Assembly (NCBI GenBank): GCA_965279525.1
Contig: CBDIIB010000002.1
Span: 1 to 64,000, forward strand
From: Tagaea sp.
GTDB taxonomy: Bacteria; Pseudomonadota; Alphaproteobacteria; CACIAM-22H2
Length of the DNA: 64,000 nt
Reading direction: 5' to 3'
Position numbers and translations under genes: made by a program. Of this stretch, positions 51,477 through 60,869 are shown one piece after another (position 1 is the first letter of the stretch; each line of letters opens with the position of its first letter). The notes under the pieces were generated by a model, which made no database searches, had not been told where the DNA came from, and saw only the letters and a program-made list of their open reading frames with translations.

Positions 51477-52645
51477 CCGGGCGGCATCTCGTAGCGCCGC
51501 AGGCGCAGCGAGCCGCTGCGGTCCCCGTTGCGCCACGTCAGCACGACCTGCCTTGTCGTCATCTCGAAGGCGAGCGTGACGTTCTGGTGCGGCAGCTTGG
51601 CCGCCACGGAGTGCCCGACGAGTTCGGCCTTCGCGCGGTAGGTGCGATCGAGACTGTCGGAATCGCGCTTGCCGTAGAGATAGACGAGTTCCGGCCCCTC
51701 GGCGCCGCGCTCGATGGCGAGCGACACGAGCACCGGATCGCCCCACGCACCGGTCCAGATGCCCTCGTAGGATTTCCACCACGTGCCGGCTTCGAGCGTC
51801 ATCGGCTTCAGCGACGCGGTCTCCTTGAGCATGTCGCGCGGTGCGGGCAGTCCGTCGGCACCGCACGAATTGAGCTTCGCCTGCGGCGCCTTCGCCGGAT
51901 CGAGGAACGCGACGACGCACGCCCCATAGGCGAAATCCATCAATGTCGTGCCCGAAGCGCCATGCCCGACGAGCCGGGTCGAGCCGTCGTCGAGCGGCAG
52001 GAACGCCACGCCGCGGGCCGAAAGGATCTCGCGCGCGCGCCGGCCGCGCTCGGGGCTGCCCGACGCATACTCGTCGGCGAAGGGCAGGATCGGGATCGCG
52101 CGCTCGAATCGGCCGTCGGTCAGTCCCGCGTAGAGCTGGCTCGACCCTTGCGCGTTGATCATCGGACTGCCGAGCTCGACCGCGCTGACGCCGGTTCCCG
52201 GCGCCGACGGGATGATCGCGTAGACCTCGGTGCGCCTTGCGGCTTCGAGCGTGATCGCCCCGCCGTAGCTCTGCCCGGCGAGCACCACGCGCCGGTAGCC
52301 CTGGTCACGCGCCCGGGCGACCTCTTCGACCGTGCGCGCGACGTGGCGCAGGCCGGAGGTGGTCCAGTTGCTTTCCTGCATCGGGTCGCGCTTGATCTTG
52401 ACGATGTCCCAGCCGGCCTCGGCCACCTTGCGCAGGAAGCGCGGTGGCGGGGCCGTTCCCTGTTCGTGATTGCCGCGCACGCCGTGGTTCCAGATCACCA
52501 GCCCGAGGGCGGCCTGCGGCCCCTTGGGCGCGATGTCGTCATAGCCTTGCACGACCGTGTAAGGCTCGACAGCGCCGGCGGGAGCCGCGAGAAGCGACAG
52601 GCAGAGGATCGCGCCGGCCAGCGGCGTCTTGTGGAATGTATGCAT
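51473..52645 (-). CDS. Exported alpha/beta-hydrolase-like protein with extra C-terminal domain
   Basis: Signal peptide, VIWNHG, nucleophile elbow LAGQSYGG, ADEY, VGHG. Confidence 0.75.
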   Translation of the reverse strand: MHTFHKTPLAGAILCLSLLAAPAGAVEPYTVVQGYDDIAPKGPQAALGLVIWNHGVRGNHEQGTAPPPRFLRKVAEAGWDIVKIKRDPMQESNWTTSGLRHVARTVEEVARARDQGYRRVVLAGQSYGGAITLEAARRTEVYAIIPSAPGTGVSAVELGSPMINAQGSSQLYAGLTDGRFERAIPILPFADEYASGSPERGRRAREILSARGVAFLPLDDGSTRLVGHGASGTTLMDFAYGACVVAFLDPAKAPQAKLNSCGADGLPAPRDMLKETASLKPMTLEAGTWWKSYEGIWTGAWGDPVLVSLAIERGAEGPELVYLYGKRDSDSLDRTYRAKAELVGHSVAAKLPHQNVTLAFEMTTRQVVLTWRNGDRSGSLRLRRYEMPPG

Positions 52646-52706
52646 CCTTAGAGTGTCGTTCGAACGGGCCTATCCCGTCAAGACGGTCTCGCGCGTGCAC
52701 CGCCTG

Positions 52707-54047
52707 TCAGGCTGCCGCCGGCAGGCGGACGGTCACCTTCAGTCCGCCGAGATCGGATTCGCCCAGCGCAAGGCTGCCGCCATAGAGCGCCGCGAGCTCG
52801 TCGGCGATCGCGAGTCCGAAGCCGGTGCCCGGCTTGGTCTCGTCAAGGCGCGTGCCGCGCCGCAGGGCAGCGGCGCGGGTATCGGGCGCAATTCCCGGCC
52901 CGTTGTCGTCGATCTCGATCTCGATGCCGGTCCCCGTGCCGGCAAGCGTCAGCCGGACCGTCGAGCGCGACCATTTGAGCGCGTTGTCGAGCAGGTTGCC
53001 CACGATGTCGGCAAGATCGTCGGGGCTGCCGGCGAAGGACGGGATCTGGCCCGACAGCGCCGTGCGGATCGTGCGCTCGGGGTGCAGACGCCCCAGCGTG
53101 TCGGCGAGTTTCAGCACGATGGCGCGCGTGTCGGTCCTGAGGCCGACCTGCGTGGCCGCGGCTCCGGCGCGCGCGCGCGCGAGGTGGCGCTCGATATGGC
53201 CCTGCATGGTGCCGGCCTGCGTGCGGGCCGTGCGGGCGAGCGGGTCCTCGCCATCGCCGGCGGCGTTGCGCAGCACGGCAAGCGGCGTCTTCAGTGCGTG
53301 CGCGAGGTTGCCGGCTTCCGCGCGCGCACGTTCGACCAGGGTCCGGTTGCGCGCGAGCACGTCTTTGAGATCGGCGACGAGCGGGGCGACTTCGCGCGGC
53401 CAGCTTTCGGAAAGGGCGGACTCGTTGCCGGCCTTGAGCGCTAGGACGGCGGCGCGCAGGCGATGGAGCGGCGCGAGCCCGTAGTGGATCTGGAGGGCGA
53501 CGGCGATCGCGAGCCCGATGCCGAGCACGGCCAACGAGAGCGCGAGCACGCCGCGGAATTCGGTGAGCGCCTTGGCCACTTCCTTCTCGTCGCTCGCCAC
53601 CACGAGCCGGATCGGCTGATCGAGCCCGTCGAGGCCGATGCTGCGTTCCACCGCGACGAGCGTCTGTCCGGCGGGACCCGCGAAGCGGTGCCGGTGGATC
53701 TCGCCCGGCTTCAGGTCGTCGGGCGGGTTGGGCAGCGTGTCGTCCCACAGGGAACGCGAGCGCAGCGGTGCGGCACCCGCGATCTCGATCTGCCAGTATC
53801 GCCCCGAATAGGGCAGGTCGTAGAGGCTGTCGGGCAACGTGCGCGTGACGCGCGCGGTCCCGTCCGGCGCCACTTCGACCGCCGCGGCGATGTGGTCCAT
53901 GTCGTCGACCAGCCGGTCGGCGAGAACGGATCCGGCGTGATGGCGGAAGATCTCCGAGAGCAGGACTCCCGAAGCGCCGAGTGCCAGGACCAGCCAGAGC
54001 AGCGATGCCGCGGCAAGGCGGCGCGAGAGGGACCGGATGCCTTTCAT
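52707..54047 (-). CDS. Two-component sensor histidine kinase (PhoQ/BqsS-like)
   Basis: Two TM helices, RSRSLWD, HAMP, GNLAHALKTPL, NLLDNALKW, DDNGPG, GTGFGL. Confidence 0.93.
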   Translation of the reverse strand: MKGIRSLSRRLAAASLLWLVLALGASGVLLSEIFRHHAGSVLADRLVDDMDHIAAAVEVAPDGTARVTRTLPDSLYDLPYSGRYWQIEIAGAAPLRSRSLWDDTLPNPPDDLKPGEIHRHRFAGPAGQTLVAVERSIGLDGLDQPIRLVVASDEKEVAKALTEFRGVLALSLAVLGIGLAIAVALQIHYGLAPLHRLRAAVLALKAGNESALSESWPREVAPLVADLKDVLARNRTLVERARAEAGNLAHALKTPLAVLRNAAGDGEDPLARTARTQAGTMQGHIERHLARARAGAAATQVGLRTDTRAIVLKLADTLGRLHPERTIRTALSGQIPSFAGSPDDLADIVGNLLDNALKWSRSTVRLTLAGTGTGIEIEIDDNGPGIAPDTRAAALRRGTRLDETKPGTGFGLAIADELAALYGGSLALGESDLGGLKVTVRLPAAA

Positions 54048-54715
54048 GGTGCTTCCCCGCCGGCGCGCAGCCGGTAGCCGCGCCCGCGCACCGTCTCGAT
54101 CACGTCGATGCCGAGCTTGCGCCTAAGCCGTGCCACGAACACTTCGATCGTGTTGCTGTCGCGGTCGAAATCCTGCGCATAGAGATGCTCCGTCAGTTCG
54201 GTGCGCGAGACGATCGTGCCCGGGCGATGCATCAGGTAGGCGAGCGTCTTGTATTCCTGTGCCGTCAGGGCTACCGGCTGCTCGCTGACGCTGACCCGCC
54301 CGGTGCGCGTGTCGAGGCGGATCGGTCCGCAGGCGAGCTCGGCGCTGGCGAGGCCGGCCGAGCGTCGGATCAGGGCGCGCAGACGGGCCAGCAGCTCCTC
54401 CATGTGGAAGGGCTTGGCGAGATAGTCGTCCGCACCTGCGTCGATCCCCTCGACTTTCTCGTTCCAGCCCGACCGCGCGGTGAGGATGAGCACGGGCATC
54501 CTGTGTCCGGCCTTACGCCACCGCCGCAGCACCGTGAGGCCGTCCACCTTCGGCAGGCCGAGATCGAGGACCACGGCGTCGAACGGTTCGACCGAGCCCA
54601 TGTATTCGCCCGCCTCGCCGTCGGCAGCACGGTCCACGGCATAGCCTGCACCGGCAAGTGCCGTGGCGAGCTGGTCGCCCAGCGAGGGATCGTCTTCGAC
54701 GACGAGGATGCGCAT
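54044..54715 (-). CDS. OmpR/PhoP-family response regulator
   Basis: MRILVVEDD, VLDLGLP, LTAR, GADDYLAKPF, SNTIEVFVARLRRKL, TVRGRGY. Confidence 0.95.
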   Translation of the reverse strand: MRILVVEDDPSLGDQLATALAGAGYAVDRAADGEAGEYMGSVEPFDAVVLDLGLPKVDGLTVLRRWRKAGHRMPVLILTARSGWNEKVEGIDAGADDYLAKPFHMEELLARLRALIRRSAGLASAELACGPIRLDTRTGRVSVSEQPVALTAQEYKTLAYLMHRPGTIVSRTELTEHLYAQDFDRDSNTIEVFVARLRRKLGIDVIETVRGRGYRLRAGGEAP

Positions 54716-54728
54716 GTCCGGGATCCGC

Positions 54729-55031
54729 CTAGCGTGCGTGCCGCTCGAGCCGTTCGAGGCTGCGGGCATCGTATTTCACCTTGCGGCGCTTTCCGTCGGG
54801 CGAGATCAGCACGATCTCGTAGACGTAGCGGCCGCGCTCCCGGTCGAGTTCCACGTCGATGACCTTGCCCGGTTCGTTGCGCGCGACTTCGGCAAGCAGA
54901 CGATCGAGGCCGGCGATCTCGCCCGCTTCGCGCGCGCGGCGCGCGCGGTCGTGGTCGTTGTCCGCGCGCACGGCCGCGGGCAGGGCCAGGACCAGCGCCA
55001 TCAGGATTGCCGCGGGAAGCTTCTGGATCAT
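54729..55031 (-). CDS. PepSY domain exported protein
   Basis: Signal peptide, DHDRAR...GEI, PGKVIDVEL, YVYEI, YDA. The start could be up to 55043. Confidence 0.85.
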   Translation of the reverse strand: MIQKLPAAILMALVLALPAAVRADNDHDRARRAREAGEIAGLDRLLAEVARNEPGKVIDVELDRERGRYVYEIVLISPDGKRRKVKYDARSLERLERHAR

Positions 55032-55064
55032 CGTTCGCATCATCGCACAGTGGCGCGCGGAAGC

Positions 55065-55101
55065 TGAACGCCGGATGAACGGCCCGCTCACGCCCGGTTC
55101 A
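55065..55101. promoter_or_regulatory. Oppositely oriented 11-bp-spaced direct repeats (TGAAC..TGAAC; CTCA..TTCA), putative response-regulator boxes
   Basis: Located in the divergent promoter between the two PepSY genes. The 11-bp periodicity is typical of OmpR-family sites. Confidence 0.5.
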
Positions 55102-55171
55102 GGTTGCCCCGCCCATATTGGCGCTGTTCCGGACGCATTTCCGCTGCCGGACCAGATAGGGGAACCCGAAC

Positions 55172-55528
55172 ATGAAGAACCGCATTGCACTTGCCGCCCT
55201 CGCGCTGTCGCTGCTCGCGGCACCGTCCATCGCCGCCGACCGCTCGCAGGCGGGTGCAGCACCCAAGCTGTCCCTGTCCGAGGTCGACGCCCGCGTGCGC
55301 GAGAACGGCTATCCGTCGGTCCGCGCGATCGAGCTCAAGCGCGACGGCAACTACGAGGTCAAGGCGCTCGACGCCGAGAACCGCCGGGTGGAGCTGCGCG
55401 TGGATGGCAACACCGGCGCGTTCCTGACGGCGGATGCCGGTCGCGGCCGCAGCGACCGCGACGGGCATCGCGGGCGCGATGGCCATCACGAGCGCGACTC
55501 CGGCCGTCACCACGAGCAGCGGCGCTAG
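55172..55528 (+). CDS. PepSY domain exported protein with His/Arg/Asp-rich tail
   Basis: Signal peptide, GY..VRAIEL..GNYEVKA....RVELRVD..TG. Confidence 0.88.
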   Translation: MKNRIALAALALSLLAAPSIAADRSQAGAAPKLSLSEVDARVRENGYPSVRAIELKRDGNYEVKALDAENRRVELRVDGNTGAFLTADAGRGRSDRDGHRGRDGHHERDSGRHHEQRR

Positions 55529-55602
55529 AGCCCGAACCGACGGCCCCGACCCCGGCGCCGGACGGCGTCGGGGTTGTCCTTTCTTCGTACCGAGGTGGAA
55601 AA

Positions 55603-56148
55603 ATGAACGCAGTCCCCGTCGCCGGCGGTCCCGGCAGTTTCGGCAGTTTCGCTCGCTTCCTTCACTGGTCGATGGCCGCGATGATCGTCGGTCTCTACGT
55701 GCTGGGGGCCGTCGTCGAAGAAGTCCCGCGCGGCGCTTCACGCGATTTCGGCATGATGCTGCACCAGTCGTTCGGGCTGCTGTTCGTGGTGCTGCTCCTC
55801 GTGCGGCTTGCCGTGCGCCCGGCCGCCGCGGCCGCGACGTCGGCCTTCGAGCGAGGTGCCGCGCGCGTGATGCACCTCGCGCTCTATGCGCTGATGGTGG
55901 TCACGCCGCTTGCCGGTCTCGGCAAGCAGTGGGCACGCGGACGCATCGTGGATGTCTTCGGCCTGTTCACGTTGCCGTCGCCGATGGATGCGGACCGGGC
56001 CCTGAGCAAGGCGTTCGGCGAGGTCCACGAAACGGCGGCCGTCGCGATCCTCGTGCTGGCGGGCGTGCATGCGGCCGCAGCCCTGTGGCACCACTTCGTG
56101 CACCGCGACAACGTCCTGCGCGCCATGCTCGGGCGCGCGTCCGGCTAA
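55603..56148 (+). CDS. Cytochrome b561 family protein
   Basis: LHWSMA, LHQSFG, MHLALY, VHE..A, HAAAALWHHFVHRDNVLRAM. Confidence 0.92.
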   Translation: MNAVPVAGGPGSFGSFARFLHWSMAAMIVGLYVLGAVVEEVPRGASRDFGMMLHQSFGLLFVVLLLVRLAVRPAAAAATSAFERGAARVMHLALYALMVVTPLAGLGKQWARGRIVDVFGLFTLPSPMDADRALSKAFGEVHETAAVAILVLAGVHAAAALWHHFVHRDNVLRAMLGRASG

Positions 56149-56675
56149 CCCGTCAGGACGAACTCGAGCGTCTCCATGGGTGCGCCGCGCGCCGGGGCCG
56201 CGCGCATCAGCCGGCCGGCCGGGCGCATGCCGATGCGCCTTGCCACGCCCTGCGAGGCGAGATTGTCGGGCATCGCACCGGCGGTCAGGCGGGCGACCCC
56301 CATCGCGCGGGCGAAATCGACCATCACCAGGGCGGCCTCGCTGGCATAGCCCTGGCCCCGGTGGGGGCCGGCGATCCACCAGCCGAAATCGCCTTCCACG
56401 CCCAGCCCGTCGAGCGTCAGGCCGATCATGCCGATCACGCCGGGTTCGTGTGCGCGCTCGATGGCGAGCGTCACCGTGCGCGCCGCCGCCATCGCCTCGC
56501 GCGCGTCGGCGATGAAGGCGAGCGCGTCGTCGAGCGTGTAGGGATGCGGGATGTGCGCTGTCCAGCGCGCAAGCTCCCAGTCCGCGCACCAGCGCTGGAT
56601 GTCGGGCGCGTCCCCGGTTTCCGGCACGCGCAGGACGAGGCGCGCGCTCTCCAGCCGGATGTCGAGTGCGTTCAG
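56145..56675 (-). CDS. GNAT acetyltransferase, RimJ/RimL family (apparent CTG start)
   Basis: LESARLVLR, IPHPYT, GWWI...HRGQGYASEA, NLASQGVARRIGM. Confidence 0.85.
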   Translation of the reverse strand: MNALDIRLESARLVLRVPETGDAPDIQRWCADWELARWTAHIPHPYTLDDALAFIADAREAMAAARTVTLAIERAHEPGVIGMIGLTLDGLGVEGDFGWWIAGPHRGQGYASEAALVMVDFARAMGVARLTAGAMPDNLASQGVARRIGMRPAGRLMRAAPARGAPMETLEFVLTG

Positions 56676-57238
56676 GGCTGGACCCGGACGTGGTTGACGA
56701 CGCGCTTCACGTCGTCGGTCGCGCGCGTCAGCGCCATGGCCTTGTCGAGTTCGGCCTGGCTGTGGGCGCGGCCGAACAGGTAGGCCGTGCCGTTGACCGC
56801 GCGCCAGCGGAAATTGACCGACTTGATTCCCGATTCCGCCAGCAGCTTGGCGCCGATCTTCTGCTCGATGACGAGGTCGGCGGCGGTGGCGCCGATGCCG
56901 CCGGCACTGGTCACCTGCAGTTCGTCGACCACCTGCGTGACGCCCTGGATGCCGCGCGCGATCTGCACGGCGCGCACCTTCGAGGGGGCCTGCGCCACCG
57001 CACCGGTCAGCATCATGCGGCCGAGATAGACGTCGGTCGACACGTCGCGGAACAGGGCGGCGGATTCGTTGGCGACCGCGCTGTTGAAGGCGATCAGGAT
57101 GCGGTTGTCCTCGGTGATCTGGCTGGTGGTGCGGTCCTCGGTCGCCAGGCGCGCGATGGTCGACACGCCGGGTGGTGCTCCGCAGGCCGCGACGGCAAGG
57201 CTCGCGAGGACGGCGAAAACGGTCAGGATGCGGTTCAT
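56672..57238 (-). CDS. Dual BON domain lipoprotein (DolP/YraP-like)
   Basis: Lipobox VAAC, EDR...Q..D, GRMMLTG, GVTQVVDEL, VNGTAYLFG, VKRVVNHV. Confidence 0.9.
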   Translation of the reverse strand: MNRILTVFAVLASLAVAACGAPPGVSTIARLATEDRTTSQITEDNRILIAFNSAVANESAALFRDVSTDVYLGRMMLTGAVAQAPSKVRAVQIARGIQGVTQVVDELQVTSAGGIGATAADLVIEQKIGAKLLAESGIKSVNFRWRAVNGTAYLFGRAHSQAELDKAMALTRATDDVKRVVNHVRVQP

Positions 57239-58989
57239 CGGTATAGCCCCTCCAGGGCGGCGCCATAGGTCTGGCGGATCACGTGTCGCCGGATTTTCAT
57301 CGTCGGCGTCATCTGCGCATTGTCGATGGTGAAGGCTTCGGGCGCCAGCGCGAACTTGCGGATGCGTTCGGGCAAGGCGAGTTTCGCGTTGGCGCGCTCG
57401 ACCGCCTTCTCGATCGCCGCGCGCAGTTTCGCGTTGTCGCCGCCTGCCGCCGCTGTCACGTCGGCATGCGGCACCACGAGTGCGACCAGATAGGGCTTCC
57501 CGTCGCCCGACACCATCGCCTGCGCGATCTCGGGTTCGAGCAGCAGGGTCCCCTCGACTTTCGCCGGGGCGACCATCTCGCCACCTGAATTCTTGATGAA
57601 GTCTTTTTTACGGTCGGTGATCTTGATGCGGCCGGCATCGTCGATCTCGCCCACGTCGCCGGTGTGCAGCCAGCCATCGACGATCGTGCGCGCCGTCCCC
57701 TCTGGATCGTTCCAGTAGCCGGTCATCACCATCTCGCCGCGCGCGAGAATCTCGCCATCCGGCCCGAGCCTTACCTCGACGCCGACCAGCGGCCTTCCGA
57801 CCGTTTCCATGCGTTCCTGATAGGGCCGGTTGCAGGCGATGACGGGCGCACTCTCGGTCTGGCCGTAGCCCTGCACGACGCGCACGCCAAGGGCGAGGAA
57901 GAACACGCCGATCTCGGGGTTGAGGGCGGCCCCGCCCGACACGAACGCCTTCAGCCTGCCGCCGAAGCGCGCGCGTACCTTGTCGCGCACCAGTTTTTCG
58001 AGCACGCCGTCGAGCAGCTTTTCGAAAAGGCCGAGCTTGCGGCCCTCGTAGCGCTTCGTGCCCAGTTCCAGCGTCTTGGCGAACAGCCACTGTTTGAGCG
58101 CCTTCTCGCGCTTGAGGCCGCCGGTGATGCGCTGGTGCAGGCTTTCGTAAAGGCGCGGGACGGCCGTCATGATCGTCGGGCGCACCTCGATCATGTTGGG
58201 GCCGAGCCGCTCGATGCTTTCGGCGAAATGGATCGTGGCACCCAGCGACGTCATGAAGCCCACGCACACCGTGTGCTCGTAGGAATGCGACAGCGGCAGG
58301 AAGCTCAAGTATGTCTCCGGCCCCTGCGGCAGGGCCTGCAGCACGTCCCACGCCCCCAGGCAGTTGTGCAGGATCGCACCGTGATGGAGCATCACGCCAC
58401 GCGGCAGGCCACCCGTGCCCGACGTGTGGATCACGCACGCCACGTCCTTGCGCGCCAGCGATGCGACGGTCGCATCGACATTGTCGGGGGCGGCGGCACC
58501 CGTTTTCATCAGGTCGTCCCACGCATGCACGTCGACGCCCGGATGCTGGGCGACGGCGGGCGGCTCCATCGCCACGACGAAGCGGCATTGGGGGCCGGCC
58601 AGGCGCGCGGCCTCGATCGCCTTCTGGGCGAGGGCGGCGGTCGACGCGATGACGCCGCGTGCCCCGACATTGGCAAGGATATAGCGGTGGTCCTCGACCG
58701 TGTTGGTCGTATAGGCCGGGACCGTGACTGCACCGGCGGCCATGATCGCGAAATCGGCGATGATCCATTCCGGCCGGTTCTCGGCGATCAGCCCGACGCG
58801 GTCGCCGCGTGCCACGCCAAGGGCCGCCAGCCCGCGCGCGACCAGGCGCATCTCGGCGGCGGCGCGCGTCCAGCTCCACGACACCCATTTCTCGTCCCGG
58901 CGGGCGAGCAGGAAGGGCCGGTCGCCCTGGCGCTCGGCCATGTCGAGGAACATCCGCACCAGATTCGGGCACTTGGCGTAATCGAACAT
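57235..58989 (-). CDS. Long-chain fatty acid-CoA ligase
   Basis: IHTSGTGGLPRGV, SFLPLSHSYE, QGYGQTE, WLHTGDVG, ITDRKKD, TPTMKIRR. Confidence 0.93.
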   Translation of the reverse strand: MFDYAKCPNLVRMFLDMAERQGDRPFLLARRDEKWVSWSWTRAAAEMRLVARGLAALGVARGDRVGLIAENRPEWIIADFAIMAAGAVTVPAYTTNTVEDHRYILANVGARGVIASTAALAQKAIEAARLAGPQCRFVVAMEPPAVAQHPGVDVHAWDDLMKTGAAAPDNVDATVASLARKDVACVIHTSGTGGLPRGVMLHHGAILHNCLGAWDVLQALPQGPETYLSFLPLSHSYEHTVCVGFMTSLGATIHFAESIERLGPNMIEVRPTIMTAVPRLYESLHQRITGGLKREKALKQWLFAKTLELGTKRYEGRKLGLFEKLLDGVLEKLVRDKVRARFGGRLKAFVSGGAALNPEIGVFFLALGVRVVQGYGQTESAPVIACNRPYQERMETVGRPLVGVEVRLGPDGEILARGEMVMTGYWNDPEGTARTIVDGWLHTGDVGEIDDAGRIKITDRKKDFIKNSGGEMVAPAKVEGTLLLEPEIAQAMVSGDGKPYLVALVVPHADVTAAAGGDNAKLRAAIEKAVERANAKLALPERIRKFALAPEAFTIDNAQMTPTMKIRRHVIRQTYGAALEGLYR

Positions 58990-59081
58990 GTCCGGCGTGT
59001 CTCCCTGCCGGCGCTTGGCGCGCCGGTCCGATCGACATATATGCTAGTGAACCCGCTCAACGCCAAGCCCCGGACAGGTCC

Positions 59082-60869
59082 ATGCCCCCGATTTCCGCTG
59101 CCGCCGCCCCCGCCGACCTGCCGGTCTGGAACCTTGCCGACCTGTTCCCAGGCCGGGATTCGCCCGAACTTGCCAAAGCACTCGACAGCGCCGAGGCCGA
59201 CGCCAAGGCGTTCCAGGCGAAATATTCGGAAAAGCTCGCAGGCCTGACCGGGGCGGATCTCGGGGCGGCGATCGCCGTCTACGAGAAGCTGGAAGAGCGG
59301 CTGGCGCGCATGACCAGCTACGCCGATCTCAGCTATGCCGGTGACCAGGCCGATCCCGTGATCGCCAAGTTCTACCAGGGCATCCAGGAGCGGGTGAACG
59401 CGATCTCGTCGGCCACGCTGTTCTTCACGCTGGAATTGAACCGCATCTCCGACGCCGATCTCGACGCGAAGCTCGCCGACCCGGCCTTGAAGCGCTATGC
59501 GCCGTGGCTGCGCGACCTGCGCAGCTTCCGCCCGCACCAGCTGGCCGACGACATGGAAAAGCTGCTGCACGAGAAATACGTCGCCGGCCGGGCCGCGTGG
59601 ACGCGCCTGTTCGACGAGACGATGGCGGGCCTGCGCTTCGACCACGCCGGCAAGGCGGTCACGTCGGCCGAGATCTTCCACCTGATGTCGGACCGCGACG
59701 GCAAGGTGCGCAAGGCCGCCGCCAAATCGATCGGCAAGACGCTGGGCGACAATGCGCGCCTGTTCGCGCTCATCACCAACACGCTGATCAAGGACAAGGA
59801 GATCGAGGACAAGTGGCGCCATTATCCGCGCCCGATCTCGTCGCGCAATCTCGCCAACCGCGTCGAGGACGAGGTCGTGGAAGCGCTCGTGTCGGCCGTG
59901 CGCGCCTCGTACCCGCGCCTGTCGCACCGCTATTATGCGTTGAAGGCGAAGTGGTTCGGCACCGACACGCTGGATTACTGGGACCGCAACGCGCCGCTGC
60001 CGCAGTCGGACGAGGAAAGCTTCGACTGGCCGCGCGCGCGCGACACGGTGATCGAGGCCTACGGCGATTTCTCGAAGGATCTCGCGGCCACCGGCAAGCG
60101 CTTCTTCGACAATGCGTGGATCGATGCCGGTGTCAGGCCCGGCAAGGCGCCGGGTGCCTTCGCGCACCCGACGGTGCCGTCGGCGCACCCGTACCTGCTG
60201 CTCAATTTCCAGGGCAAGACGCGCGACGTGATGACGCTTGCCCACGAGCTTGGCCACGGCGTGCATCAGGTGCTGGCGGCGGGGCAGGGGCATCTGCTGG
60301 CCGACACGCCGCTGACATTGGCCGAGACCGCCTCGGTGTTCGGCGAGATGCTGACCTTCCGCAAGCTCCTCGAGCGCGCCAAGGAGCCCAAGCGCCGCAA
60401 GGCGATGCTCGCGGGCAAGGTCGAGGACATGCTCAACACGGTCGTGCGCCAGACCGCGTTCTGCGAGTTCGAGAAGCGCCTGCACGACGAGCGGCGCAAG
60501 GGCGAGATGATGCCCGACCGCATCGGCGAGATCTGGATGGACGTGCAGCGCGAGAGCCTGGGGCCGGCCTTCCGCTACGATCCGGAATACGCGTTCTACT
60601 GGACCTATATCCCGCACTTCGTGCACACGCCGTTCTACGTGTACGCCTACGCGTTCGGCGACTGCCTCGTGAACTCGCTCTACGCGCTCTACCGCAAGAC
60701 GCCCGCGGGCTTCGCCGAGAAGTATCTCGACATGCTTCGCGCCGGCGGCACCAAGCGGCACAAGGAGCTGCTCGCCCCGTTCGGTCTCGACGCCGCCGAT
60801 CCGGATTTCTGGCGCCAGGGCCTGGGCGTGATCGAGGGCTTCATCGACGAGCTCGAAGCGCTTTCCTGA
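59082..60869 (+). CDS. pepF: M3 family oligoendopeptidase F
   Basis: LPVWNLADL, GKAPGAF, TLAHELGHGVH zinc motif, AETASVFGE, PHF...FYVYAYAFG. Confidence 0.95.
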   Translation: MPPISAAAAPADLPVWNLADLFPGRDSPELAKALDSAEADAKAFQAKYSEKLAGLTGADLGAAIAVYEKLEERLARMTSYADLSYAGDQADPVIAKFYQGIQERVNAISSATLFFTLELNRISDADLDAKLADPALKRYAPWLRDLRSFRPHQLADDMEKLLHEKYVAGRAAWTRLFDETMAGLRFDHAGKAVTSAEIFHLMSDRDGKVRKAAAKSIGKTLGDNARLFALITNTLIKDKEIEDKWRHYPRPISSRNLANRVEDEVVEALVSAVRASYPRLSHRYYALKAKWFGTDTLDYWDRNAPLPQSDEESFDWPRARDTVIEAYGDFSKDLAATGKRFFDNAWIDAGVRPGKAPGAFAHPTVPSAHPYLLLNFQGKTRDVMTLAHELGHGVHQVLAAGQGHLLADTPLTLAETASVFGEMLTFRKLLERAKEPKRRKAMLAGKVEDMLNTVVRQTAFCEFEKRLHDERRKGEMMPDRIGEIWMDVQRESLGPAFRYDPEYAFYWTYIPHFVHTPFYVYAYAFGDCLVNSLYALYRKTPAGFAEKYLDMLRAGGTKRHKELLAPFGLDAADPDFWRQGLGVIEGFIDELEALS

